Virus record (IMG/VR): IMGVR_UViG_3300045988_122521
Source: a virus
Length of the DNA: 64,000 nt
Strand: one strand, 5' to 3'
The position numbers were made by a program, and so were the translations under genes. Shown in pieces: positions 10,337 through 19,084 of this stretch. The notes beneath the pieces were generated by a model. The model made no database searches. It saw only the letters and a list, made by a program, of their open reading frames with translations, and was not told the DNA's origin. Numbering within the stretch: position 1 is the first letter of the stretch; every line of letters begins with the position of its first letter.

Positions 10337-11080
10337 TTAGAATGTAGTCACGACGCTTCCCTCGTCGCTCTCCGCCCACGAAAGGCTCATGTGGAGCCTC
10401 CGCCCCACGTTGGTGCCCTGATCGTATATCGCCCTGGAACCGTTGTCCGGATGTGCATTCCTGTCGAAGCTCATCACCCCCGCACCGCCGATGTTCACGC
10501 CGTTCAGCGCCTCGATCAGGCACTGCTCGATGTTGACGCTGCGCGCGTAATCGTCCGTCCGTGTGGTCGTCTCATGTCCGTAGTTGCACAGGATGTCAAA
10601 ATACACACCAATGGCCGCGGTAAACGCGCTCTGGGGGATCACCCTTCCGATATATACCTTCAGTACCGTCTGGGCCACGGTCTGGGCCTGCCCCCAGTAT
10701 TCCAGCGGATACATCCTGTACCCCTTCGGGTGCTTTTTCTTCTGCTCCTCCGTATCCAGAACAGGTTCTTCTCCATCAAACACGATGCCCAGCTTTTCCG
10801 CAGGGGTCGGAAGCGCCTGCGCCAAAGGGTTCGCTCCGTCATGGCACAGATACTTCATCAGCCGCACCCTGGGCCTTGCATTGTCATCCGCCGGCACATA
10901 CCCGTTCCGATCCGGCATATCCAGCAGGAAATTCACGATTTTCTTCGGCAGTTTTTCCGCGCCTCGGAATTTTCCATACCCTGACTGCACCAATTCGAAA
11001 GGGTAATACGGCGAATTAAAACCCACACCCACCGGCTCACCACCTCTATTTTTTGAATTGTTTCGCGTGAAACTTGACAT
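10337..11080 (-). CDS. Hypothetical virion-module protein
   Basis: 247-aa ORF with no obvious SD upstream of ATG 11080. Confidence 0.55.
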   Translation of the reverse strand: MSSFTRNNSKNRGGEPVGVGFNSPYYPFELVQSGYGKFRGAEKLPKKIVNFLLDMPDRNGYVPADDNARPRVRLMKYLCHDGANPLAQALPTPAEKLGIVFDGEEPVLDTEEQKKKHPKGYRMYPLEYWGQAQTVAQTVLKVYIGRVIPQSAFTAAIGVYFDILCNYGHETTTRTDDYARSVNIEQCLIEALNGVNIGGAGVMSFDRNAHPDNGSRAIYDQGTNVGRRLHMSLSWAESDEGSVVTTF

Positions 11081-11109
11081 TTTACGTTCAAAAACGTATA
11101 TTTTGCGAA

Positions 11110-11670
11110 CTATTTGTCCGTTTCACTTTTGATATTTTCAGGCACGCTTTTCAGCGCATCCGCCATCTGCACCAACTCCGTCAGGTTCTCCGGCGTCACG
11201 GCGCTGGCGGCACTCATGGCCATGCGGGCCACCACGTCGTTCATCACAGCCAGGTCTGCGCAGATCTCCGTATTCAGCATCTTTTCCAGGTCGCGGAAAT
11301 CGCCGATCAGGTCGTAAGCCTTCTCACGCTCCATCCCCTTCGCGGCCTTCATGCGCTCGATGCGGTTCATCACGTGGATAACACCCATGCGGTCGTAGTC
11401 ATCCGCGCTCATCAGCCACTCGTCATCCTCCGCCGCATCAAAACTCAGCCGAAGGTATGCTTTTGCCAGGATGCCCATGAGATAGCGGCGTTTCCGCTGT
11501 CCGTTCTCTCGGTACATCGGCGGCGTGTCCCCGCGGAACTTCTCTCCGGTGTTCACCACCACTCTGTCAATGCACCGCTCCGCGCAGTGGCTCACGATCT
11601 CCGCCTTCTTCATCAGGGGGATGTACGTTCTTGCGCCCGCAAAAACGTCATTCCAGTTGGTGTTCTCCAT
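11110..11670 (-). CDS. Hypothetical virion-module protein
   Basis: Start refined to ATG 11670 (RBS GAGAGGAGTGG), 186 aa. Confidence 0.55.
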   Translation of the reverse strand: MENTNWNDVFAGARTYIPLMKKAEIVSHCAERCIDRVVVNTGEKFRGDTPPMYRENGQRKRRYLMGILAKAYLRLSFDAAEDDEWLMSADDYDRMGVIHVMNRIERMKAAKGMEREKAYDLIGDFRDLEKMLNTEICADLAVMNDVVARMAMSAASAVTPENLTELVQMADALKSVPENIKSETDK

Positions 11671-11692
11671 TGTTTCCACTCCTCTCAGACTC

Positions 11693-11881
11693 TCAATGGA
11701 TGTTTTCTTCCCGCTTCGCCCGCAGCCCGCAGGTACGCCACTGGGACGCATTTTCGTTGCGGCAGCTGTCCGGGCAATAATATTGGTAGCAGCAAAAATC
11801 CGTCTCCCCGCTCTGTGCGCGGCATCTCAGGGAGACTTCTCCCCGCTTTCGATAGGCATTTTCACAGGTAGGCTTGCTCAT
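11693..11881 (-). CDS. Small Cys-rich protein (8 Cys in 62 aa)
   Basis: TAAATG junction with the upstream gene, RBS GGAGGGTTGG. Confidence 0.45.
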   Translation of the reverse strand: MSKPTCENAYRKRGEVSLRCRAQSGETDFCCYQYYCPDSCRNENASQWRTCGLRAKREENIH

Positions 11882-13201
11882 TTACCAACCCTCCAGCGCG
11901 ATGACTGCGCGCACGCTCTCCTCTCCGCAGCGGGCCGTCACCACCAGCGGTTCCACGCTGCCGCCCCAGCAGGAGATCCGCGCCGTATTCCCGTCTTCTT
12001 CCGCAGTGTAGGCACTCGGATCTGCACCGCCGTATGTCCACAGCACCGTGTTCTCTGTCTCGCTGCCGCTTTCGACGTATACCGCCGTCAGCGTAGTTTT
12101 CCCATATGCCTCCAGCCGCACCGCAGGCTCCGTCTGCCAGTGGAGCCCTCCGGTGCTCTCCGCCACCGTCACCTCATAGGTGCCGCAGTGCTCCTCGTTC
12201 TGCGCCAGCACCGCCGTGATCGTGCAGCTCCCGCTGCCCACCGCCGTCACATTCCCTACGGGGTCTACACGGCAAACGCGCTCGTCGCTGCTGTACCACA
12301 GGTAGCGCACGGGGTGTTCCGCATCGCCGTCTGCCTCCGCGCCGTTCCGCAGGGATGCCGCCGTGAACTTCACCTTTTCTCCGATGCTCATGGCCGCCCT
12401 GCCGCCTATCCGTATTTCCCAGCTGAAGGGGTACGCATTGGCCACGCGGAGCACCAGGTCATCCTTTTCTCTGTCCGGCTCCGTCATCCGCGCCGTGAAC
12501 CGCAGCAGGCGGCAGCTCTCGTCGTCTCCCGTGAATTCCTGCGCCACATCGCTGTATCCCGTGATCTGGTAGGCCATCCGTCCCATGATCATCCGGCTGT
12601 TGACATCCAGGTTTTCCGTCTCGCTGTTGCGCTGGATGATGATGTTGAAGTACCCCTGCATCACCAGCACCGTCTCCTGAAAGTCGTTGGCGTTGGCGTT
12701 CAGCTTCACATTTTCCACCACCATCGGTTCTTTCAGCAGGTTGCCATACCAGTCCAGATGGTTCCATGTGGCGTTGCAGCGCCGCATGATGCCCCCACCC
12801 ACTGCGGAGGAGATGTTGGCGGGGTTCGTCACCAGCCATGTGCTCCCCATGGTCTCTACCTTGGCGCCCTCCGGTACATACTCGATGCGCCGGTCCACCA
12901 TCAGGAACTCCTTATAATTATCAATGGGCCGGTCTATGGCGTTGCCCTTTTTCCTGGCGTCCGCCAGACGTATCAGCTGTCGGCTCCACTCGCAGAAATT
13001 GGCGGGGTCGCTGTCCAGCCCCTGCACCCTGCACTCCACGTAGTCCGCGGCATATTTCCCATATGCCTGCACGAACCGCGCCGTCGGGTCTCCAAAGTAG
13101 GGGTTCCTTTTGTCGTTGTACTGTTCCGGCCTGTTGCTGGGTGCCTGCGGCCTTTCCGCCATCGCGGCGATATTCCCCAGTCCGGTTTTCATATCCGCCA
13201 T
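11882..13201 (-). CDS. Virion structural protein with Ig-like (Big_2-type) repeats
   Basis: 439 aa. C-terminal VCRVDPVGNVTAVGSGSCTITAVLAQNEEHCGTYEVTV motif. RBS GGAGGTGAG. Confidence 0.6.
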   Translation of the reverse strand: MADMKTGLGNIAAMAERPQAPSNRPEQYNDKRNPYFGDPTARFVQAYGKYAADYVECRVQGLDSDPANFCEWSRQLIRLADARKKGNAIDRPIDNYKEFLMVDRRIEYVPEGAKVETMGSTWLVTNPANISSAVGGGIMRRCNATWNHLDWYGNLLKEPMVVENVKLNANANDFQETVLVMQGYFNIIIQRNSETENLDVNSRMIMGRMAYQITGYSDVAQEFTGDDESCRLLRFTARMTEPDREKDDLVLRVANAYPFSWEIRIGGRAAMSIGEKVKFTAASLRNGAEADGDAEHPVRYLWYSSDERVCRVDPVGNVTAVGSGSCTITAVLAQNEEHCGTYEVTVAESTGGLHWQTEPAVRLEAYGKTTLTAVYVESGSETENTVLWTYGGADPSAYTAEEDGNTARISCWGGSVEPLVVTARCGEESVRAVIALEGW

Positions 13202-13220
13202 GGCCTCTCACCTCCGCGTC

Positions 13221-13943
13221 TCACAGAAACCGGTATCGTCCGTATCCGCTGCGCCCCCTCTGCACCGTGTTCAGGTACGTGCAATCCTGCTCGTACTTGT
13301 GGAGCTCGTCCATCAGTCTCGCGCGGTTCTTTTCCTGCTTTGCGGCACCCTCTCTCATGTAGGTGCCCTCGTTCACCGTGTCAAAGCTGGCGTCCTTTAT
13401 CTTCATCTGATCGTTGAGCCAGTTGCGGAAGAACCGCTCGTCCCATACGCTTGCCACGCACAGCCCAAGTATCCGCTTCTGCTCCATTGTCAGCTCGTGA
13501 CCAAATTCACCGTCTGTGTAAAAGTCCAGCGTGTAGTTTTTTCCCGCCATGTCCTGCATAGGGAACGTCACCACGCCTGTTTCGGCGTTGTAGCTCGCCC
13601 CGGTGTACGGCACCGCCGTCATGCCGCCCGTCACATCCTGCTCCACAATGGCGCAGGAAAACAGCTCGTAGCCCACCATTCCGGTGTCCACTTCCGTTTC
13701 TCCCACCAGGCTGTTTTCATCGCTGGTCCAGTAGCAGTCTCCATACGCAGGCTGTACCAGCCCCTCCGCCAGATAGGCCCGCATCTGCACCGGCTGGGAG
13801 AACAGAGGGATTGCGTTCTTCACATACAGGCTCATCCGCCGCAGAAACGCAGCCGGATTGTTGGCCGCCTCCTCCTGAAGCCGCACGTCGTCGATGATCA
13901 CCATGGCGTGATCCGATATGATCTCGCTCCACTTCGTCCCCAT
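13221..13943 (-). CDS. Hypothetical head-tail module protein
   Basis: 240 aa, RBS AAGGAGGGGAG. Confidence 0.55.
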   Translation of the reverse strand: MGTKWSEIISDHAMVIIDDVRLQEEAANNPAAFLRRMSLYVKNAIPLFSQPVQMRAYLAEGLVQPAYGDCYWTSDENSLVGETEVDTGMVGYELFSCAIVEQDVTGGMTAVPYTGASYNAETGVVTFPMQDMAGKNYTLDFYTDGEFGHELTMEQKRILGLCVASVWDERFFRNWLNDQMKIKDASFDTVNEGTYMREGAAKQEKNRARLMDELHKYEQDCTYLNTVQRGRSGYGRYRFL

Positions 13944-13955
13944 GTTCTCCCCTCC

Positions 13956-14420
13956 TTATGCCGGAATATAGATCGTTATCAGTTCTCCCGCCGTGCCGTC
14001 CGTCAGTGCCACGCCGTCCGCGCCGGTCGAATTTCCGCCCAGCCCCTCCACCAGCGGTGCGTTGCTGGGGTATGTGCTCCCCGACGGATACAGTGTCGCC
14101 GAAGGGAATAGCCCTTTCGTGATTTTTACAAAGTCTCCCACCTGTACCACGGAGCCGGGAGCCACCCGGTAGGTCGCCTCCCAGTCTCCGTTCCCGTACA
14201 GGTACAGGGCGTAGCCTTCACCCTCCGCCAGTGGGAAGCGCATCTGCCCGATGTTCGGGTAGGTGGAGTTGTTTATTTTCAACCCCGCTTTCCACTTTTC
14301 CAGCGCTCCGGGCGCACCATTGACTTGCATGAACCGTGCCGTGCCTTCCTCGGCCAGCGGCACCTGCACGACGGAGACGCCCGTATAGGTCACGCCGTTG
14401 ATCTTTACATCTCTCGCCAT
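13956..14420 (-). CDS. Hypothetical virion protein
   Basis: 154 aa, RBS GGAGAGGAA. Confidence 0.55.
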   Translation of the reverse strand: MARDVKINGVTYTGVSVVQVPLAEEGTARFMQVNGAPGALEKWKAGLKINNSTYPNIGQMRFPLAEGEGYALYLYGNGDWEATYRVAPGSVVQVGDFVKITKGLFPSATLYPSGSTYPSNAPLVEGLGGNSTGADGVALTDGTAGELITIYIPA

Positions 14421-14438
14421 GCGTTTCGTTCCTCTCCG

Positions 14439-14624
14439 TCAGGCTATCGTCATCACGCTGCCCGCCACACTGATCTGCGGCGTTGTCATCGTTCCTACGA
14501 TGGGTGCCCCTCTTTTGTCGTGGGCGGTAGCGCCTTTCGCCAGTGTGTTGGCCGTCACGCTGTCCTTTGACAGGTCCAGCTTCACCGCGCCGTCCACCAC
14601 GACCTTGTTTACGTTTTTCGCCAT
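14439..14624 (-). CDS. Short paralogue of the N-terminus of the upstream fibre-like protein
   Basis: 61 aa. NKVVVDGAVKLDLSKDSVTANTLAKGATAHDKRGAPIVGT matches NKVIIGGQVKIDLTTDSVVPAKLLKGITAHDKTGATITGT of 14653-15240. Confidence 0.5.
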   Translation of the reverse strand: MAKNVNKVVVDGAVKLDLSKDSVTANTLAKGATAHDKRGAPIVGTMTTPQISVAGSVMTIA

Positions 14625-14652
14625 CGCCCTTTTACCTCGTTTTCTCCGCTTC

Positions 14653-15240
14653 TCAGGCGCCGATGGTCAGCGTCACGCCGCCGGCCTCGTTGTCCGTCTC
14701 GCTCACGGGGATAGCGTTCACCGTCACGCTGGACAGGCAGTTGAACTCCTCGTCGGGCAGGATCTCCTGGCTGGCAAAGGTGGGGGTCACAGTCTTGGCC
14801 TGTGCCTTCATGTCCTCGCTGCCGGACATGGTGCCCTCCACGCCCAGGATAGTCACGCCCTCGCGGATGTTGGTGGCGATGAGCTTGGCCTGCTCCGCCT
14901 CGGCGATCTGCACGGTGCCGCTTCCGTCGTGGAAGCCCAGGGGCACGGTATACACCTGCGCCTTGGTGGTGATGTTGCCCGCCACAGCGCCGTTGTTGGG
15001 CATCGTACCGGTGACCTCCGCGCCCTTCACGAATGCGGTCTTGCCCAGCAGGATCTCCGCAGCGGACGCGGTAGCGCCGGAGGTATCCGCATCAAAGGTA
15101 CACGTACCCGTGATGGTCGCACCCGTCTTGTCGTGGGCGGTAATGCCCTTGAGCAGTTTGGCAGGCACCACGCTGTCGGTGGTCAGATCGATTTTTACCT
15201 GTCCGCCAATAATTACTTTGTTGATGAACTGATTAGCCAT
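14653..15240 (-). CDS. Fibre/appendage-like virion protein
   Basis: Start refined to ATG 15240 (MANQFINK, RBS TAGGAGATGTGGAG), 195 aa, Gly/Thr/Ala-rich. Confidence 0.55.
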   Translation of the reverse strand: MANQFINKVIIGGQVKIDLTTDSVVPAKLLKGITAHDKTGATITGTCTFDADTSGATASAAEILLGKTAFVKGAEVTGTMPNNGAVAGNITTKAQVYTVPLGFHDGSGTVQIAEAEQAKLIATNIREGVTILGVEGTMSGSEDMKAQAKTVTPTFASQEILPDEEFNCLSSVTVNAIPVSETDNEAGGVTLTIGA

Positions 15241-15529
15241 ACTCCACATCTCCTATTGTCAAAGTTTTTCCGCCGGCGGCATTACTGACTTCGTACTGCG
15301 GTATCTTCTTTACCGTCACGTCGTCTCTCATGCGTTTGGCTTTTGTATGCAGCACAACAGGCTCGTCCACCTGTGGTGTTACCTCGTATTCCCCCTCGTA
15401 GTCGGGCACGATCTCTCCGCCGGTCTGTATCACGACATCCCTGATTTCGATCTCCACAACGGGCGTTCCCACTGGGGTCTTGGCGGTGTCGGCTTTTTCT
15501 CTCCCTGCCGCAAACTGCTGCAGCGCCAT
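15233..15529 (-). CDS. Hypothetical virion protein
   Basis: 98 aa, coupled to its neighbours by overlapping stop/start codons. Confidence 0.5.
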   Translation of the reverse strand: MALQQFAAGREKADTAKTPVGTPVVEIEIRDVVIQTGGEIVPDYEGEYEVTPQVDEPVVLHTKAKRMRDDVTVKKIPQYEVSNAAGGKTLTIGDVEYG

Positions 15530-15838
15530 TCACATCACCCCTTTGGATCTGCTGGCGGAGACGTATATGGTCTTTCCCTTCGCCCCCACGACGCTCTCGT
15601 CGTTGAACTTGATCCGCGCCTGTACCGGCGGCGTTCTTCCTGCCTTGAAGGTGAACGTCTGCTCCTGCGTCAGCGGAAACAGCCACTGCCCGTTTTCCTC
15701 GTCGTAGCGCACCGCGCCTGGATACGTTCTGGTCAGGTTCCCTATGGTGATCTCCAGCGTCAGCACCATCTCCGGCGTGATCAGCAGTTCTCCCTGCCGC
15801 AGCACGACGGGGATTGAGTAGGCATCCCCCTGCATCAT
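15530..15838 (-). CDS. Hypothetical virion protein
   Basis: Start refined to ATG 15838 (RBS GGAAGGAGGGAAC), 102 aa. Confidence 0.5.
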   Translation of the reverse strand: MMQGDAYSIPVVLRQGELLITPEMVLTLEITIGNLTRTYPGAVRYDEENGQWLFPLTQEQTFTFKAGRTPPVQARIKFNDESVVGAKGKTIYVSASRSKGVM

Positions 15839-15890
15839 GGCCGTTCCCTCCTTCCCGCATGTCTCCAAAGTGGTCGCGATCTCGACCGCT

Positions 15891-16730
15891 TTACTTGGTG
15901 TCCTTCTCGTTCATATCCTCGATGATGGCGATAAAGTCGCCCTTTTCGTGTCCCTGGCGCTTGCTCATGGCGTTCAGTTTCACCGTGCGGTCGCGGGTCA
16001 CGCAGGTGCTCCCCTTCCGATAGGCATCGGCGTACATCTGCGCCACCATCATCTTGTGCCCCTCGCACAGCGCAGGGTAGATGTCCAGCAGCGCATCACC
16101 AAGCTCCACCATCTTGGCGAAAGCTCTCTTGTCCAGCACCTCGCCGTCCTTATAGTCCACCCCCAGCGCCTCGCGCTCCTCTCCGGTCAGCCCGCTGACC
16201 ACCATCAGCCAGCGCTGCGCCATATAGCGGCGATTCGCCTCCGTCAGGATGCGGCTCAGATCGGGCTTCGGCACATAGAAACTGCCGGTCTTTCCCACGA
16301 TGTTCCCGTACATTCCGCCGTCGCCGAACTGCACCACATTGTCATCCGCCACAGGCGCCATCCACAGGAAATGCACCTGCTCGGCGCTGGTGCTGACCTG
16401 CACGATCTGAGGCACCGCCTGCTGCGGGAGGTTCCGCAGCGCTGCTTCCACGGCGGCAGCCGCCGCCTTTTCGCTGGCTTCCTTCACGATCTGCTCCACC
16501 TGCTCGGCGGTATACATGACAGGACTCTCCGGTGCAGGCAGCACGGCCTCTTTCTCCACCTGCACATCTTCGCCCTTCAGATCCGGTCTCAGTTCCGTCA
16601 GCGGCGTTTCACTGCCGTCCGATCCCACTGCGGTCACGTTCTCCGCCGGCACCGTGAGCAATTCCTCCTCGCCGGTCTCCGCCGCGATCTGGGAGGCCAG
16701 CTGGCTCCCGTTTCTCTTCTGTCTGCCCAT
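15891..16730 (-). CDS. Hypothetical phage protein downstream of the tRNA pair
   Basis: Start refined to ATG 16730 (MGRQKRNGSQ, RBS GAGAGGAGCG), 279 aa. Confidence 0.55.
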   Translation of the reverse strand: MGRQKRNGSQLASQIAAETGEEELLTVPAENVTAVGSDGSETPLTELRPDLKGEDVQVEKEAVLPAPESPVMYTAEQVEQIVKEASEKAAAAAVEAALRNLPQQAVPQIVQVSTSAEQVHFLWMAPVADDNVVQFGDGGMYGNIVGKTGSFYVPKPDLSRILTEANRRYMAQRWLMVVSGLTGEEREALGVDYKDGEVLDKRAFAKMVELGDALLDIYPALCEGHKMMVAQMYADAYRKGSTCVTRDRTVKLNAMSKRQGHEKGDFIAIIEDMNEKDTK

Positions 16731-16860
16731 GTTTTCGCTCCTCTCAGATTTTTCATGGCTTGACTGCTTAGCTGTTTCTCCGCAGCACGTCAAGGCTCCC
16801 GCCGCTGCCCCGTTTACACGTCGGCGTGCTGCATACCCGCGGCTTCGCCGCACATCCTTG

Positions 16861-16936
16861 TGGCGGAAACGGCAGGACTCGAACCTGCGGCCCTCTGATT
16901 AACAATCAGATGCTCCTCCAACTGAGCTACGCTTCC
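16861..16936 (-). tRNA. tRNA-Asn (anticodon GTT)
   Basis: Manual cloverleaf: acceptor GGAAGCG/CGTTTCC, D arm GCTC/GAGC, anticodon stem TCTGA/TCAGA with loop TTGTTAA, T arm GCAGG-TTCGAGT-CCTGC, encoded CCA. 76 nt. Confidence 0.85.
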
Positions 16937-17109
16937 GTAGGGGGCTTTCGCCCCCGTATAAAGTCCCTTTCGGGCGAAAACGATCCACCGTTTTCATCTG
17001 AATGTCTCCCCTGGGTCACATTGTGGAGAGGTGCGGGGAGTTCTGTTTTATGGGCGCACTTTCCGGTCAGCTGCTGTGGTTCTCGACCTCGGCAGCGTCT
17101 CTCCGCTTT

Positions 17110-17184
17110 TGGCACAGACTCAGGGATTCGAACCCCATCCTGCGGTTTTGGAGACCGCCGTTCTCCCGATCAAACTCAGTCCGC
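17110..17184 (-). tRNA. tRNA-Trp (anticodon CCA), G.U-rich stems
   Basis: Acceptor GCGGACT/AGTCTGT (two G.U pairs), anticodon stem GCGGT/ACCGC with loop CTCCAAA, T loop TTCGAAT, encoded CCA. Several wobble pairs, so it may be degenerate. Confidence 0.6.
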
Positions 17185-17226
17185 ATACGGGGAGGGGCTT
17201 TCTGCCCCATCCCCCTCCTCGCTTTG

Positions 17227-18444
17227 TCAGATCGTCACGTGTGCGATCTTGGAGGCAAACGTAGCCACGCTGTCCAGCGCGATGGTCAGATTCAGTCCGA
17301 TCTCAAAGTCGCCGGTGCGGGTGGGGTCCATCTCAATAGAGATGGGCGTGCCGCTGGTGTAGCCGATGGTCAGGGGCTTTCTGCCGTTGCCCGCCAGCAT
17401 CCAGATGTCGTTCTCGCTGAGCATGGTCTCCACGGTGGTGTTCTGAGTGCCGGGGATGATAACGTCCCGCATGGGCATCAGGCGCACCGCCATGAACTCG
17501 CCCAGGTAGCCGGCCTTGGTGTAGTCGGCACCCAGCAGCGTGGCGATAGCGGCGTCCATGTTCACGTTGGTGGAGCCGGTCACGGTGTTGGGCAGTACCT
17601 TGCTCAGGGCCACGGTGCCGCCGGTAGCAAACACGTCGGAGATGGTGGTGTTGTTCAGCGCGGCGATCTTGTTGGCGCCCTTCACCCAGTTCTGGTTGTT
17701 GAAGGTGAAGTTCAGGTTGGTGGGGATCAGGCTGGTGTCCTCCGTGGCGGTGGTCATGGCCTCGTTCCACATACCCATGGTCTTGGCGTACATACCCGCC
17801 ACCATGTTGGCGAAGAAAACGCCGAAGTCCATGTTGGTGCCCACCAGCTGCATCCACTTGGCGGTGATCCAGCAGCTCTTGGGGGTGGGGTTCAGCGTGT
17901 AATCGCGGGAATAGAAGCGATTACGCGGCACGCTGCGGCTGGCGCCCCAGCTGGAGTCCTGGAAAACGGGGATGTCGTTGCTGCCGATGCTCACGGCGTA
18001 GGTCTGGCCCAGCTCGATCTCCACGGTCTCGGCGAAGTCGCTCAGCGCCTCGGAGTACACGGCGGGCAGAATGGGGATGATGACCTCCTGCCAGATGCCC
18101 TGCAGCACGGCGTAGAAGCGGGCGTTGCCGTAATACTCGCCGCCGTTGCGCTTGAACTCTTCCCAGCTCTCGGGTGCCTTCTTGCCGGTGCTGGCGCAGG
18201 CCAGCTTGGCGGCATACAGCAGGCTCTCCCGCTGGAACTGCTCGTTCAGCTGCTTGTAGCCCCGGTCGTTCATGGTGCGCTGCACGGTGGTGTTCTGCCC
18301 CTTGGCGCTCAGAACGGCCATCTTGCCCTTCAGGGCGTGTTCATAAAACAGCACGCGGCCCTTGGCCACGATGTCCTCGCGCTGGTCGTTTCCGTTGATG
18401 GCGAAAACCTCATTGGAAACGCTGTTCAGGTTCAGCTTTGCCAT
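17227..18444 (-). CDS. Major capsid protein
   Basis: 405 aa, follows the scaffold/protease and a 197-aa head protein. Followed by the stem-loop GGGGATGGGGCAGAAAGCCCCTCCCC. Called by position and size. Confidence 0.7.
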   Translation of the reverse strand: MAKLNLNSVSNEVFAINGNDQREDIVAKGRVLFYEHALKGKMAVLSAKGQNTTVQRTMNDRGYKQLNEQFQRESLLYAAKLACASTGKKAPESWEEFKRNGGEYYGNARFYAVLQGIWQEVIIPILPAVYSEALSDFAETVEIELGQTYAVSIGSNDIPVFQDSSWGASRSVPRNRFYSRDYTLNPTPKSCWITAKWMQLVGTNMDFGVFFANMVAGMYAKTMGMWNEAMTTATEDTSLIPTNLNFTFNNQNWVKGANKIAALNNTTISDVFATGGTVALSKVLPNTVTGSTNVNMDAAIATLLGADYTKAGYLGEFMAVRLMPMRDVIIPGTQNTTVETMLSENDIWMLAGNGRKPLTIGYTSGTPISIEMDPTRTGDFEIGLNLTIALDSVATFASKIAHVTI

Positions 18445-18467
18445 TTCTTACTCACTCTCCTCTCTTG

Positions 18468-19061
18468 TCACGCGGTCACGGTGCTGACCTTGCAGGCCCA
18501 CACGTCGTAGTACACGAAGCTCTGCCCGGCGCCCTCGGTGAAGTTGCCGGTGCCCTTCAGCTTGAAGTAAATGGCGCCGGTAGCAGTGGGGGCGGCAGCG
18601 GCGGGAACCAGCAGGCCGTTGGCGATGGTGAAGACGGTGTTCTCGCCGATGGCGGTGCTCAGGTTGCCCTCGCCGAAGCGGTAGGCGTGCTTGCCGTCAA
18701 ACACGATCTCGGTAAAGGTGCCGTCCCGGCCGGCGGGGATGCCCAGCCCCAGCGTGGCGGTGCCCACGGCGTAGTTGTTGCCGTTGCGTCCGTTCAGCGT
18801 GGGCCACTCGTAGGTGTTGCAGGCGTACACGCCGGTGTCGGCGTTGGCGGCAGCACCCGCAGCGGTCATATAAAAGGCGTTCTCGTTCTTGATGCCCTTG
18901 AAGCCCGCGCAGGGAAGTTGCTCGCCGCGCACCACCAGCAGGCCCGCGGAGCAGTCCGCATCCGCCTCGGACACCTGATAGCGTCCCGTGATGTTGCACA
19001 GTTCGTTGAACTCGTTGTTGGTGATCCGCGGCTCAAACGCGGTTTTCTCAATGTATGCCAT
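18468..19061 (-). CDS. Head protein (possible decoration/auxiliary capsid protein)
   Basis: 197 aa between the scaffold and capsid genes, RBS AAAGGAGAG. Confidence 0.5.
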   Translation of the reverse strand: MAYIEKTAFEPRITNNEFNELCNITGRYQVSEADADCSAGLLVVRGEQLPCAGFKGIKNENAFYMTAAGAAANADTGVYACNTYEWPTLNGRNGNNYAVGTATLGLGIPAGRDGTFTEIVFDGKHAYRFGEGNLSTAIGENTVFTIANGLLVPAAAAPTATGAIYFKLKGTGNFTEGAGQSFVYYDVWACKVSTVTA

Positions 19062-19084
19062 GTTTGTTCACTCTCCTTTTCGTT

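Noticed and set aside
17110-17184. Suppressor tRNA or genome-wide stop-codon reassignment
   Set aside because: The anticodon loop reads CTCCAAA (CCA, normal Trp). TGA, TAA and TAG all terminate well-supported genes throughout the window.
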